A stretch of 64,000 nucleotides of DNA from Octopus sinensis (GCF_006345805.1 NC_043011.1:29710464-29774463); one strand, 5' to 3'. Positions 50,700 through 63,331 are shown, counted from the first letter of the stretch. Notes: generated by a model not told the origin, from the letters alone. Program-made: numbers and translations.

Positions 50700-50897
50700 C
50701 AGCATAGGTGCACTTGGCTTGATGGGTCCTCTCAAGCACAGCACATGGCCAAAGGTCTCAGTCACCAGTAATTCACTTTGTGAGGCTCAAAGTTCATAAA
50801 TCACGCTTCAACACCTTGTCCTATGTCTTCCTGGGTCTACCTCTACCACAGGTTTCCTCCACAGTTAGAGATTGGCACTTCTTTACACACCTGTCCA
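50700..50897 (-). mobile_element. RTE LINE C-terminus joined to the family D UTR start
   Basis: Minus: MDRCVKKCQSLTVEETCGRGRPRKT*DKVLKRDL, then aagccaagtgcacc, showing family D is this LINE's 3' UTR. Confidence 0.8.
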
Positions 50898-50917
50898 TGT
50901 CAATATGCACATATATA

Positions 50918-51181
50918 CACACATACACACACACACATATATATAACAATAATAATAATAGTAGGGAATATAATTCAAAACTTACAGGGAAAAATTCAAT
51001 TTAGCAATTCCAAATCAAATTTCACAATACCTCTATTAAATAATTCAATAGTGAAAAACAATATCTATATCATATAGAAAAAATATACTATAATAAATAT
51101 TATATATATATATATGCACATATTTATGTATATAATTTTACTTAATTATATACATCTATATATATATATATATTATATATA

Positions 51182-51213
<32 letters not shown>

Positions 51214-51708
51214 GCACATATTTATGTATATAATTAAGAGAAATAACCTCTGTTAAATACTTCAATAGTGAAAGACATTATCTATATCACATAGAAAAAA
51301 TATACTATAATAATATTATTAAAAAATCACTAAATTACTAAATGTTTACTTAATTAAGTGATTTTTTGAATAATATTTATTATAGTATATTTTTTCTATA
51401 TGATATAGATAATGTCTTTCAATATTGAATTATTTAATAGAGGTTATGTCTCTTAATTATACACATACACACACACACATATATATAACAATAATAATAA
51501 TAGTAGGGAATATAATTCAAAACTTACAGGGAAAAATTCAATTTAGCAATTCCAAATCAAATTTCACAATACCTCTATTAAATAATTCAATAGTGAAAAA
51601 CAATATCTATATCATATAGAAAAAATATACTATAATAAATATTATATATATATATATGCACATATTTATGTATATAATTTTACTTAATTATATACATCTA
51701 TATATATA
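50918..51708. repeat. Direct duplication (~250 bp, period 542) enclosing a ~230-bp AT-rich palindrome
   Basis: 50918-51168 matches 51462-51708 (ORFs 50823-51077 and 51425-51619 share their C-terminal peptide); arms 51229-51331 and 51357-51461. Confidence 0.9.
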
Positions 51709-52212
51709 AAACTGTAGTTGTGTGAGTGTCTGTCTCCTACGATTTAGATTCCTAACTCCTCCCACATTTTACGGTGCAGTTTAACCAAATTTGGGTATCT
51801 TATAGTCGTGATTAATATCGAGCCCGTCTGGCTATTAGCGCACGTCTACGATGAGTCTACGATTTTAAAAATAATTTAACATCATTTTTTATTCCATTTT
51901 AATGCATAATTTTTCGTGTGTCGATGGCGGCGGAGTTGGCGTCCACGCTCAAACACCTGCACCTGTGTTTGCTTCTCCCCCTTCTTCCCTCCCTCGTGAA
52001 GCTGTAGGGAAGGGAGTGTAAGGAAATCAACGTCGTAAAGCGTTGTCAAGGAGACCATCGTTCTTTTAGAACAATGACTTCATGGCTTGAAGACACCAAA
52101 ACAGAAATGGCTAAGAAGCCCAAATTGGCATCTATAAAGGAAGTAACTCTCTAAAAATGCTTATATAGTTATTTCCCTTACAAACCCGAGCAACGCCGGG
52201 CGATACTGCTAG
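51697..52212 (+). mobile_element. Non-autonomous Helitron
   Basis: A|TCtatatatataaaactg ... cccgagcaacgccggg-cgatactg-CTAG|T. Confidence 0.9.
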
Positions 52213-52227
52213 TATATATATATATAG

Positions 52228-52390
52228 GGAGAGTTTACGAAAACAAACAAAGGTCGAAGACAGGTGGTGTACAAAACAAACAGATGTCTTAGTATAACGC
52301 TCAGGAATAGAAAAATCTTTTACGTTTCAAGCCTACGCTCTTCTACAGTAAGGGACACAGAAAAAGCAAGGAGAGAAACAAGGAGAGAAA
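52228..52390 (-). mobile_element. pLTR-like repeat with variant hammerhead (52317-52352)
   Basis: Minus: CUGUAGA-a-gagc(guag)gcuu-GAAA-cgu-a-aaag. Confidence 0.6.
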
Positions 52391-52859
52391 AAATGTGTGT
52401 AGTGACTAATGTACTATCATATATATATTGACTTTTTTCCAAAATGGAGAAGAACACCTTTCTCCGTGTGATCAGCTTGGAAAATTGTTAAGATACTTGA
52501 ATATTCACTCACACTTCTTAAAATGAAACCAATGGTAGCCTTAATTCACAAATAAAGAATTTATTTATCCACCAATGCAGTGTTGAGCACTCATTCCAAT
52601 GTTCTACATTTACATATATATATGTGTGTCTGTGTGTGTATGTATATATATATGTGTGTGTGTATAATTGATAGATTGTATCAGCAAACACATGTAGTTA
52701 AGAAGTCCACTTCATAACCCCATGATTTTTAGCTTGCTTCCCATGGTGTGTAGATGTCTTTTACTTCAAGCCCTGGCTGACCATCGCTGTGAGGGCAAAA
52801 TTAGTAGGAAGCCAGTTGTACAAATATACATACACATACATTTATACATACATACAAAT

Positions 52860-53039
52860 ACATACATACATACATACATACATACATGCATGCATGCATG
52901 CATGCATGCATGCATACATACATACATACATACATACATACATACATACATACATACATACATACATACATACATACATACATACATACATACATACATA
53001 CAATACATACATACATACATACATACATACATACATACA

Positions 53040-53135
<96 letters not shown>
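52860..53135. repeat. (CATA)n/(TA)n microsatellite
   Basis: Read directly. Confidence 0.95.
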
Positions 53136-53137
<2 letters not shown>

Positions 53138-53139
53138 TA

Positions 53140-53350
53140 TCAATATGTAACAACATGTGGATCGCTGGAGATTTTTTTCCTCCATCTTCCTTTTCTCTTT
53201 CACTTTTCTCTGTCCCCTGTTTCTGAAGAAGAGCTTTGCTCGAAATGTAAAACTACCTTTCTTTCCTTCCCTAATTGTCTGCTAATACTTTGCATGTACC
53301 ACATCCTTGCGTTGTTTTTTCTTCTTGTCTTTTTCTTCAACTTTTTTTGT
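53140..53350 (+). mobile_element. pLTR-like repeat carrying a hammerhead
   Basis: Related to 34100-34320; flanked by TA/CT tracts. Confidence 0.7.
53219..53253 (+). ncRNA. Minimal type I hammerhead motif, core intact
   Basis: guuu-CUGAAGA-a-gagc(uuu)gcuc-GAAA-ugu-a-aaac. Confidence 0.7.
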
Positions 53351-53408
53351 TATTGTCTCTCTCTCTCTCTCTATATATATATATACATATATATATATGT
53401 ATGTGTGT

Positions 53409-53448
<40 letters not shown>

Positions 53449-53462
53449 TATAAATAAATATT

Positions 53463-53496
<34 letters not shown>

Positions 53497-53524
53497 TTTA
53501 TATATATATATATAAATATTTATT

Positions 53525-53910
53525 TTCTTTTTGATTTACTTCAGTCATTTGACTGCGACCATGCTGGAGCAGCACATTTAGTCGAAGAAATCAACCCCAG
53601 GACTTATTCTTCGTAAGCCTAGTACTTATTCCATCAATCTCTTTTGCCAAACCACTAAGTTACGGGGATATAAACCCACCAACATCTATTGTCAATTGGT
53701 GGTGGTGGTGGTGGTGGGGACAAACTCAGACACACACATGAGGTTATACAACAAACTTCTTTCAGTTTCCATCTACCAAATCCACTGACAAGGCTTTGGT
53801 TGGCTTGAGGCTATAGTAGAAGACACTTGCCCAAGATGCCATGCAGTGGAATTGAACCCGAAACCATGTCGCTGGTAAGCACACTACTTACTACACAGCC
53901 ACTCCTGCAC
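53525..53910 (-). mobile_element. SINE family A
   Basis: Tail-to-head match. Confidence 0.85.
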
Positions 53911-54440
53911 CAATACAAAAATATGTTCATACATATACACATAAGAGAGCAAGACAGTTAAATAATAATTAACTAATAATAATCGTACTTCTATCAATGT
54001 AACTTTTACACAGCTAAAGCCTCTTTTTAAGTCTACAATAAATAAAAAAATCTTTTAAAGTCCAATATTGATAAATCTTCATAAAAATGTAGCTTTTACG
54101 ATCTTTCTTTTTTCAATGTTGTTAACATCTACTTTATTAAATAACAAAATTTATCTTAATTCACTGCAATATATACTTCTTGTCTACATCTTTGAAATTA
54201 TTCATTCCTGACTTGTGATTCAACACTTGATTATCCATTTCCATCTTGCATCAAAAAGAATACACCTAGAGGCAAATTTAATTCTGCATACAAATTACAT
54301 TTGTAATTTTTTTGATAACATACACTAAACATACTCTGATCTTCATGTCAATTATAAAACTTATCACAGTTCTCCATATTTGTAAACTTGTTGTATTTGT
54401 TGCTTTCAGTTATTTTTTTAATTTTTTTTATAATGTTTAA

Positions 54441-54790
54441 GCTAACAAAATTAAGCAGTAACCAATTTGAAGCGGGCAACATACAGGTCATTAATAACTA
54501 CTCTTTTAATGGATGAATTAGAATTTCAAAAACATTAATAATCAGAAAGAGATAAAATGTATATTGATCTCACATATTTTGTTATCTATTTTTTTTTCTT
54601 CTTTTTTGTTTGGCTAATTTTCGTGCGTAGAAGAATGGCCGTGTAACAATTAGTATCTTCATAATTTTTATGCTAACAAAATTTAGCAGGCAACATATAG
54701 CTCATTAATAGCTTCTGTTTTAATGGATAAATGAGGATTTCCAAAAAAAAAAAATTTTGATAAACAGGAACGGGATAAAATATGCATTGA
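54441..54790. repeat. Diverged tandem duplication, period ~231 bp
   Basis: gctaacaaaatt(a/t)agcag...ggcaacata...cattaata...ttttaatggat at 54441 and 54672. Confidence 0.7.
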
Positions 54791-55059
54791 TTTTTTTTTT
54801 AATGTTTTTATTTGGTTATTTCTTTATTATGTGTAAATATTTTGCTGTGTACAAAATATGCATGTAAGTTTTTTTTATCTGTTACATACACTGATCTTAG
54901 TTTTAATTATACAATTTATAATAAATGAAACTTTTATTACATCACAGCTATCTTTCACATTTAGAATAAATAGAAAGAAAAAAACCTTTAAAATATCAAC
55001 TTCAATATATTTTCCAAAAAATTCTGATTTCAATCCCTTTTACTGTTCTTCTTTTTACC

Positions 55060-55437
55060 TTCTTACTTGTTTCAGTCATCTGATTGTGGCCATGCTGGGG
55101 CACCACCTTGAAGTACTTTAATTGAACAAATCGGCCCTGAGACTTATTGCTTATTTTTAAACCTGCTATTTATTCTATTGGTCTGTTTTATCAAACCACT
55201 AAGTCACCCGGACATAAACACACCAACACTGGTTGTCACTTGGTGGTGGGGGACAAACACAGACACAAAGACACACATACACACACGTAGATATACATAT
55301 ATACATACAATGGGCTTCTTTCAGTTTCCATCAACTAAGTTCACTCATGAAGCTTTGGTCAGCCTGAGGCTATAGTAATAAACACTTGCCCATGGAGTGG
55401 GAGTGAATATGGAAGCATATGGCTCGGAAGCAAGCTT
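55060..55437 (-). mobile_element. SINE family A, diverged
   Basis: Tail-to-head match. Confidence 0.8.
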
Positions 55438-55613
55438 CCTTTATTCATTATTCATTAGATTGGCCATAAAGGCCTTACAAAGAAAGGAAGCTGCGGGCTG
55501 GACAAAGACATAATGAAATGAAATGATACACGATATGATAATAATGAGGACAACAAGCAACACCCGCCAATTGCTGTTTACCTGAGCATATTGTTCTTTA
55601 TAAGTACCATATT

Positions 55614-55771
55614 TGAGGCAAAAAACCTCTTACATAGTTCAAAATAAACATCAATGAGGCAATAAACCACTTACGTTTACAACAAGAAAGCCATTGTGAG
55701 GCAATAAACCTCTTACACAACTCTATTATAAAATCAATGAAACAATAAAAATGAGGCACCAAGCCTCTTAC
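55614..55771. repeat. Four 20-bp hairpin repeats (TGAGGCAATAAACCTCTTAC consensus) separated by unique 21, 22 and 35-bp spacers
   Basis: Repeats at 55614, 55655, 55697 and 55752. Confidence 0.85.
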
Positions 55772-56179
55772 TTTAAACATTTACAACCCTTCCTGCCTGA
55801 CTAGACTTTTCACCTTGGTCAAACACCTGGATGGTGTCAAGTCAGGCCGCTTTAATACAAAATTAAAAGTGTCCTCTGGGAAGGAGTTCATTATCCTGCA
55901 CAGATCCATTTACCATATGACCCCCGCAACCACCTGCGAAGGCCAGTCAAGATCCTCCATATGCAGGACAGAATCCCCTCCCTTCAGCCCTTCCTTTAAA
56001 ACTTCTTAATGAAGTTTTCTATTGTCCCTCCCTTATGGAAGAGGACCACAAACTCCTCCTCCACAGCATGGGAGGTAGCAAGCTTCTTGCTACACTCTTT
56101 AGTTTTAAGCACATATTTTTTGCAAGACCAATCATGAGGGCAAAATAATCCGGGAAAATAGGAAAATAGAAACGGATCT

Positions 56180-56376
56180 TTATCTTTTATTTGCTTCAGT
56201 CATTACACTGCGGCCATGCTGGGGCATCAAAGACTTTTCAGTCAAATATTTCTTTTTTTATAAGCCTGGTACTTATTCTAACAGTCCACTTGCTGCATCA
56301 CAAAGTTACAAGGATGTAAACAAACCAACACTGTCTGTCAAGTGGTGATGGGGAACAAACACAGAAATAGCACATA

Positions 56377-56422
<46 letters not shown>

Positions 56423-56550
56423 TTGATAGATATATGGCAATATACTTATATATATATATACACATATTGCCCAAGATGCTGTACAGAGGTACTGAACTGA
56501 AGACCACATGGCTTGTAAGCAATCTTCTTAATCACTCAGTCACACCTGTG
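56180..56550 (-). mobile_element. SINE family A, diverged
   Basis: Tail-to-head match. Confidence 0.7.
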
Positions 56551-57029
56551 GCATTAATTGATATTAACATTCATTAATTAAATCACATATACATATTGTT
56601 ATTAACGACTCAAACATATTAGAAATTCCAAAATTATTTGCTTCTTTTTAAATAGGTCAAGAGCTGAATTTAAAAAAAAACCCAAAACTGAAATCTTTGG
56701 TTTTAGTTACATATATCTACAACACTAATAATCCTTTATAATAAAGGTACAGAGCCTTAAATTTCTTTCATATTACACATATAGCCCCACCTCTAGCTGT
56801 AGTTAGAATATGTATTGGCTTCAAATTTTGGAACAAGGCCAGTAACTTCAGGTGGGTGGTAGTTCATATACATTGACCCTGTCACTCAACTGGTTCTTAT
56901 TTTATTGATCTCGAATGGGTGACAGACAAAGTTAACCTTGGCAGGATTTGAAATCAGAACATAAAGTCGGAAGAAATACCACTAAGCATTTTTCTTGGCA
57001 TGGCACCAGATTGCCATCTTAGTGTTCTC

Positions 57030-57060
57030 ATCATCATCATCATCATCGTCATCGTCATCG

Positions 57061-57109
<49 letters not shown>

Positions 57110-57810
57110 TTAATGTCCGTTGTCCATGCTGGTGTCCCTTGTCCATGTATGACAGTTTGACCAGGGCTGGTAAGTAGGAAGGCTGCACCAATCTCCACTC
57201 TGGTTTGGCATGGTTTTCTATGGCTGGATGCCTTTCCTAACACCGACCACTCTGAGAGTGTAACAGGTGCTTTTATGTGCCATTGGCATGGGTGCCATTT
57301 GCGTGACATCAGTATCTGCCTTGACTGCAAATTTGCTTGGCTTGATGGGTCTTCTTCTCAAGCATGACATAATGCCAAAGGTCTCGAATATTTTAACCTT
57401 TTACATGCCAACTCAACTAAGACAATCATTTGTTCAATGATGCACAGTTTCTGCTTTAAAAGTAGTCTAAATGAAAAGCTTCTACCAATTAATAAATTAT
57501 ATTAATTTATAATCCAGTTGTTAGCTTATTATCATCGTTTAATGTCCACCTTCCCTATTGGCATGGATTGGACAGTTTGACAGGAGCTGGCCAGATAGAA
57601 GACTACACCAGGTTTCTGTGTCTGTTTTGGCAGGCTGGATGCCCTTCCTAACACCAATCACTCTGCAGAGTGGACTGAATGTTTTTACATGCCACCACCA
57701 CTGGCGAAATCAGTTTTGGCATGGTTTTTACAACTGAATGCCCTTCCAAATGCCAACTACTTGGCAATGCAGACTGGATGCTTTATACGTGGTACCAGCA
57801 CCAGCAGGGT
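57030..57810 (-). mobile_element. Two family D RTE 3' UTR copies with an (ATC)n tail
   Basis: About 57030-57400 and 57530-57810. Confidence 0.75.
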
Positions 57811-58086
57811 AATCAAGTAAATTTATAAAACAAAGAATCTTTGAAAGAGGTGGGGGAACTGGAGGAGGTGATCTTGTGCCAGATGATGTAAGGTTACAGT
57901 GTGACAGAGAGACAGAAACAGGTGTCTTGCTGCAGAGGAGGTACATGGTTACCTGGTCAGAGAGAGTGAAAGACAGAGAGGAAGAGAGACAGAGAGAGGA
58001 AGAGAGAGAGAATATCAAAGTTATTTTACTAATTCCTGTATTCTTCATTATTTCAGAATACATTGAAACAAAGACAATATATTTCT

Positions 58087-58320
58087 TATTTCTTTACTGC
58101 CCACAAGGGGCTACACACAGAGGGGACAAACAAGTACAGACAAACGGATTAAGTCAATTATATTGACCCAAGTGCACAACTGGTACTTATTTAATCGACC
58201 CCAAAAGGATGAAAGGCAAAGTCGACCTCAGCAGAATTTGAACTCAGAACGTAGCGGCAGACAAAATACTGCTAAGCATTTCGCCTGGCATGCTAGTGTT
58301 TCTGCCAGCTCGCTGCCTTA
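58087..58320 (-). mobile_element. SINE B2 with 17-bp flanking duplication
   Basis: aaagacaatatatttct at 58070-58086 and 58332-58348. Confidence 0.85.
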
Positions 58321-58521
58321 TACAGCTCACCAAAGACAATATATTTCTGAAGATATATGGTAATTAAAGGGGTAAAAGACTTATACAGGGAGCTGTGGAC
58401 CAAGAAAAGGTTGAATAATCACAGCCATAGACCACATAATTTCCCTATATTACAACTATATAATGCTCATCTAATAAAATCTTTAAAACACCAGATAGTG
58501 TTCTATAATATTATGTGTCTT

Positions 58522-58740
58522 AAGGTGGCAAGCTGGCACAAACATTAGCAAACTGGGCGAAATGCTTAGCAGTATTTCGTCTGTCTTTACGTTCTGAGTT
58601 TAAATTCCACCGAGGTCAACTTTGCCTTTCATTCTTTCAGGGTCGATAAATTAAGTACCAGTTGCATACTGGGGATCAATCTAATCAACTGGCCCCCTCC
58701 CCCAAAATTTCTGGTTTTGTGCCTAGAGTAGAAAAGATTA
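58522..58740 (+). mobile_element. SINE family B
   Basis: aaggtggcaagctggcac ... gtgcctagagtagaaaaga. Confidence 0.9.
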
Positions 58741-58757
58741 TTATAAAGTATCTTATC

Positions 58758-59168
58758 TAGGTGCAGGAGTGGCTGTGCGGTAAGTAGCTTGCTTACCAAC
58801 CACATGGCTCTGGGTTCAATCTCACTGTATGGCACCTTGGGCAAGTGTCTTCTACTATAGCCTCGGGCCAACCAAAGCCGTGTGAGTAGATTTGGTAGAC
58901 AGAAACTGAAAGAAGCCCATCGTATATATATGTAATATGTATGTGTGTGTATATGCTTGTGTGTCTGTGTGTCCCCAACATCGCTTGACAACTGATGCTG
59001 GTGTGCTCACGTCCCTGTAACTTAGTGGTTTGGCAAAAGAGACCGATAGAATAAGTACTAGGCTTACAAAGAATAAGTCCTGGGCTCGATTTGCTCGACT
59101 AAAGGTGGTGCTCCAGCATGGCCACAGTCAAAATGACTGAAACAAGTAAAAAAAAAAGAGTAAAAGAG
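58758..59168 (+). mobile_element. SINE family A, full length
   Basis: aggtgcaggagtggctgtgcgg ... gtaaaagag. Confidence 0.9.
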
Positions 59169-59664
59169 TGTGTTGTGGACCTCCAAAAAAGGTTGAAAAT
59201 CATTGTCATAGACTATTTAATTTTCCAGTGAAATATACCGAGTTCTTCCTGTTGAATTGAAATATAGAATTGAGAATTAAGCAAATATAGCTTTTGGTTT
59301 TACTGATTTTGTCATCATATTTTCCTGTGATGTTAGCAATACAAGAAGAAATATTGTCAAAGGAAAGTAGAAAGGCAAAAAAAATTATATGATTTATTGG
59401 TTTGTTTTATTTTTATTTTAGTATTCTATTGTTGTTTTTTTTTCTTTATTAACTTTTTTTTTCTATTTTGAAGATTGAAATGGAAGGAAATAATTGTGTG
59501 TCTAAGAGACAAGATAAAAAGAAATGGTAAAAATGTTAGGGAAAAAAAATGAAAGAGAAAACCACTTCAGTTTAAATAATAACCATATTGTTCACTAAAA
59601 TGCTTTGGGTATGAAATTAAATGGAAATATAAAAAAAAAAGGAAAATTAATGATGAATAAATAA

Positions 59665-59960
59665 ATGATGACGATGATGATGATAATGATGATGATGATG
59701 ATGATGATGATGACGACGACGACGATTATGGTGATGATAATAACTATTACAACAATGAGAAGAAGGGGGTAAAGGAAGAAGGAAGATGAGAGTGAGGTAG
59801 GTGAGAAGAGGAGGAGGAGGAGGAAAGGAGGAGGAGGCAGAGTAGAGGAGGAGGTGGAAGTGGATGAGGAGGAAAAAATATTAAGGGGAAAGAAATGAAA
59901 AAAGGTGAAGGGAAAAGGTAGAGAGAGAGAGGATCGGGTGGGGGGACAGAAAGAAAAGAG
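59665..59960. repeat. (GAT)n followed by a purine-rich (GGA/GA)n tract
   Basis: Read directly. Confidence 0.85.
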
Positions 59961-60469
59961 AAGTTATAAAGAAATATTGTTAAATTTTTACCTGTAAACA
60001 AAATTTACCTCTTGAACAATGTGAATCAATTTCAAAAGTGAACAAGTAGAGAATTAATTTCCAGAGAAGAAAATTTCCCTTTCGAACACAAAATATAAAA
60101 TAAAAGGAAATATGTTTCATATATTTTTTTTTGCTCCTCCAAACTCAGCTCCCTTTTCTTCCATGCCCTCTCTCTCTCTCTCTCTGCACCCTTCCATCTC
60201 TTTCTCACTGTGGTTTGAAACAGAAAACTCAAACCCAATCTTTCTCTAAGGAACAATAAAAATCTTAATATCTGAATGAATAATTTAATGAAGGTTGTGG
60301 GGGTTTTAAGAGTAGAATTGAAACAAACAGATTGAAAAAATAATAATTTAGACAAATACAGTAGCTGCAGTTGTTGTTGTTGTTGCTGTTGTTGTTGTTG
60401 TTGTTTTGCTCTAGGTAATCCTTAATTGAGCAGACCTTTGATTGAAGAATATCCCAGCCATAGCTATTC

Positions 60470-60727
60470 TGTTACTTGTTTCAGTCATTTTGACTGCAGC
60501 CATGCTAGAGCACTGCTTTGAAGAGTTTTAGTTGATCAAATCGACCCCAGACTTATTTCTTAAGCCTAGAACTTATTCTATTGATCTCTTTTACTGAACC
60601 ACTAAGTTATAGGGACAAAAACACACCAATGATGGGGGAGACAAACAGACACAAAAACATACACATAAATATGTACATATATATACATATACATATATAT
60701 ACATGCATATATATACATATATATATG

Positions 60728-60770
<43 letters not shown>
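60470..60770 (-). mobile_element. SINE family A, tail half
   Basis: ttacttgtttcagtcattttgactgc...acaccaa. Confidence 0.75.
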
Positions 60771-60777
<7 letters not shown>

Positions 60778-61884
60778 AGAGGGATGACCACTAAGTGGAC
60801 ATCTCATATGCTAGAAGTCGACCCACTATGGTTTTACCACTAAGAAACGAATGTTCTCAAGAAAATTTAGCAAACGCCAGAATGTAAGCGAGCAAGACAA
60901 ATGAAAAGATATAAACTATACAGATTAATTACAAACCAGTTTTGTTGTTACCACTTACATAACCACTAACGTAGAATGTCCACAACTCATTAGTGTGATC
61001 GTCATAGCAAAATATAATTTAGCAGAACTATACAAGAGATGTCCACATGAGATTGAACATGTACATGTCTGCCTTCTATATTGGCATGGATTGGACAGTT
61101 TGACAGGAGCTGGCCAGGCAGAAGACTTCTTTAAGATGATAGCATGTGATTTGAGGGAGATTTGGTTGTTGTTTCTAGCATTTCAATTTATCATGAAGAA
61201 GTTCCTTGCTCATTTAATGTTACTGTTTAACATTTTAGCCTTAGGTAAGTACTGATTAAGCAAATACGATGATCAAAGACTTCCCTGCCTCTATTGGAGG
61301 TCAGTTCAGAGCTGCATTTTCTCATGTACCCTTCACTTGCTGGAGACAGCTGATTATTACTTGAGGAAATTTAGCTACTATTTCTTGTATTTCAAGTGAT
61401 CATGAAGAGGTTTCCTCAAGTTGTTGTTGCTGTCACTGGGGGGGAATTTAGACCCAGTTTAGCTCAGGTTGAGTAGACATAGGACGAAAGGTGTTCCAAC
61501 TGCAATCATCCCATCTTTTCTCTGTGTATAGAGAATTTAGGATTGCGTTATACAATGTGTTCTATCCTAAGATAGTAGGAATGGGATTTGAGGGAGATTT
61601 ACCTGCTACTTCTAGCGGGTTGAACAACCATGTTTAGGTTCCCTCATTAGCTCATCAGCTTTATGTTGTTGTTTTTGTTGTTGTTAAGCAACAAGACGGG
61701 TAAGGGTGATTAGGCGATGGGCTAGGGCTTAGGGGCAGGAGACCCCAGACCTTGGAAAAAAAACTTTGGTCGTCTTGTTGTAGTCGGGGGCTCTTTGTTG
61801 ACGCCCGACACCACTGGTAGGTGGCCCGCGAAGTCGCTGGAAATGGAGATCTCTAGGTTCAAATTCTTGAACGGCTGTTGTTGT

Positions 61885-62121
61885 TGGTGGTGGTGGTTGT
61901 GGCAGTGGTAGGATAGTGGTGGTGGTAATGGTGGTGGTGGTGGTGGTTGTGTTGGTGGGACTTATGGTGGTGATAAAACTTAAAATTTGTTGTTATTGGT
62001 GGTGGTAGTAGTAGTAGTAGTGGTGGTGGTAGTGGTAGTGGTGGTGGTGGTGGCAGTGCTAGGATAGTGGTAGTGGTAATGGTGGTGGTGGTGGTTTTGG
62101 TGGTGATAAAACTTAAAATTC
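61885..62121. repeat. (GGT)n-rich low-complexity block, duplicated (period ~135-150 bp)
   Basis: gtggcagtg(g/c)taggatagtgg and ggtgataaaacttaaaatt each occur twice. Confidence 0.85.
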
Positions 62122-62682
62122 AATATCTTCTTTTCAAATGATTTGATTTGATTTGATTCGATATGAATTCAAAATTTTATTTCTATATTTCCCTAATTAT
62201 TTATTCATTTTTTAATATACTTATTTCTTTTCTCATCATATTCTTCTGTCTAAAATAAAATGTAATACAATCACAGGAATATGCTCGATTACATCCACAA
62301 AGATGGAACAATTTCCTTCAGGATATTTCTCAAGCTTTTGTGAGTTAAATGTATGTTTTAAAACTAAATAAATAAATAAAAGAATTTTGATAACTAATTC
62401 TGATCAACTTCTTTATTACTGAGTAAAACTAAATAACTAAGTCTTTATTATTAAGCTACCCCAAGCTATCAATATATACTGCTAACTATAAAGCAGGGAA
62501 GATTCTGTGTTGATGCTTGAACTGCTAGAAATAATGGCCAAAATTCCTATAATGAACCAATGAGGAAGACTATGTGATTACTTGAAATACGATAAATAAC
62601 AACTAAAATTCCTTCAAATTTTTCACTTAGATTTTTTAAAGACAAAAAAACAAAAATCATGAATAGTGTTGTCCAAGGAACA

Positions 62683-63298
62683 TGGCTGTGTGGTGAGAAG
62701 CTTGCTTCCCAACCATATGGTTCCAGGTTCAGTCCCACTCCATGGCAACTGGGGAAAGTGTCTTGTATTATAGCCTCGGGCTGACCATAGCCATGTGAGT
62801 GGATTTGATAGCAGAAACTGACAGAAGCTAGCTGTATACGACCCCATAACTTAGTGGTTCAGCAAAAGTGACCAATAGAATAAGTGCTAGGCTTACAAAA
62901 GTCATGGGGTCGATTTCTTTGACTAAAACCTTTTAAGGCAGTGTTTCAATATGGTGGCATTCAAATGACTGAAACGTGTAAAAAGATGAAAGAATAAAAG
63001 AACATATCAGATAAATGGGATTTGGTTGGTCACTGGATGGGAGAATTGTTCTGTCAGCTAACCTGGGGCTGCTAGAAATAACTAAAATTCCTTCACATTC
63101 TTCACTTAGACTTTTTTAAGAAAAAGATTTCCAATGGTGTTGGCAATCAGATAGAAGTGGTATACTAAGTGGCTGTGCCTTCTACTATAGCCTCAGGCCA
63201 ACCAAAGCCTTGAGAGTGGATTTGGTAGATGGAAACAGAAAGAAGCCTGTCATATATATGTGTATGTATATGTGTATGTATATGTGTATATATATATA

Positions 63299-63331
<33 letters not shown>

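Noticed and set aside
55614-55771. True CRISPR array
   Set aside because: No cas genes, eukaryotic context, and only four 20-bp repeats with irregular spacers; kept as a repeat and a finding instead.
58057-58360. SINE B2 inserted into a small exon (acceptor tttcag, donor gtaatt)
   Set aside because: The reconstructed 41-nt exon has no recognisable product and the splice-like words are common in this AT-rich DNA.
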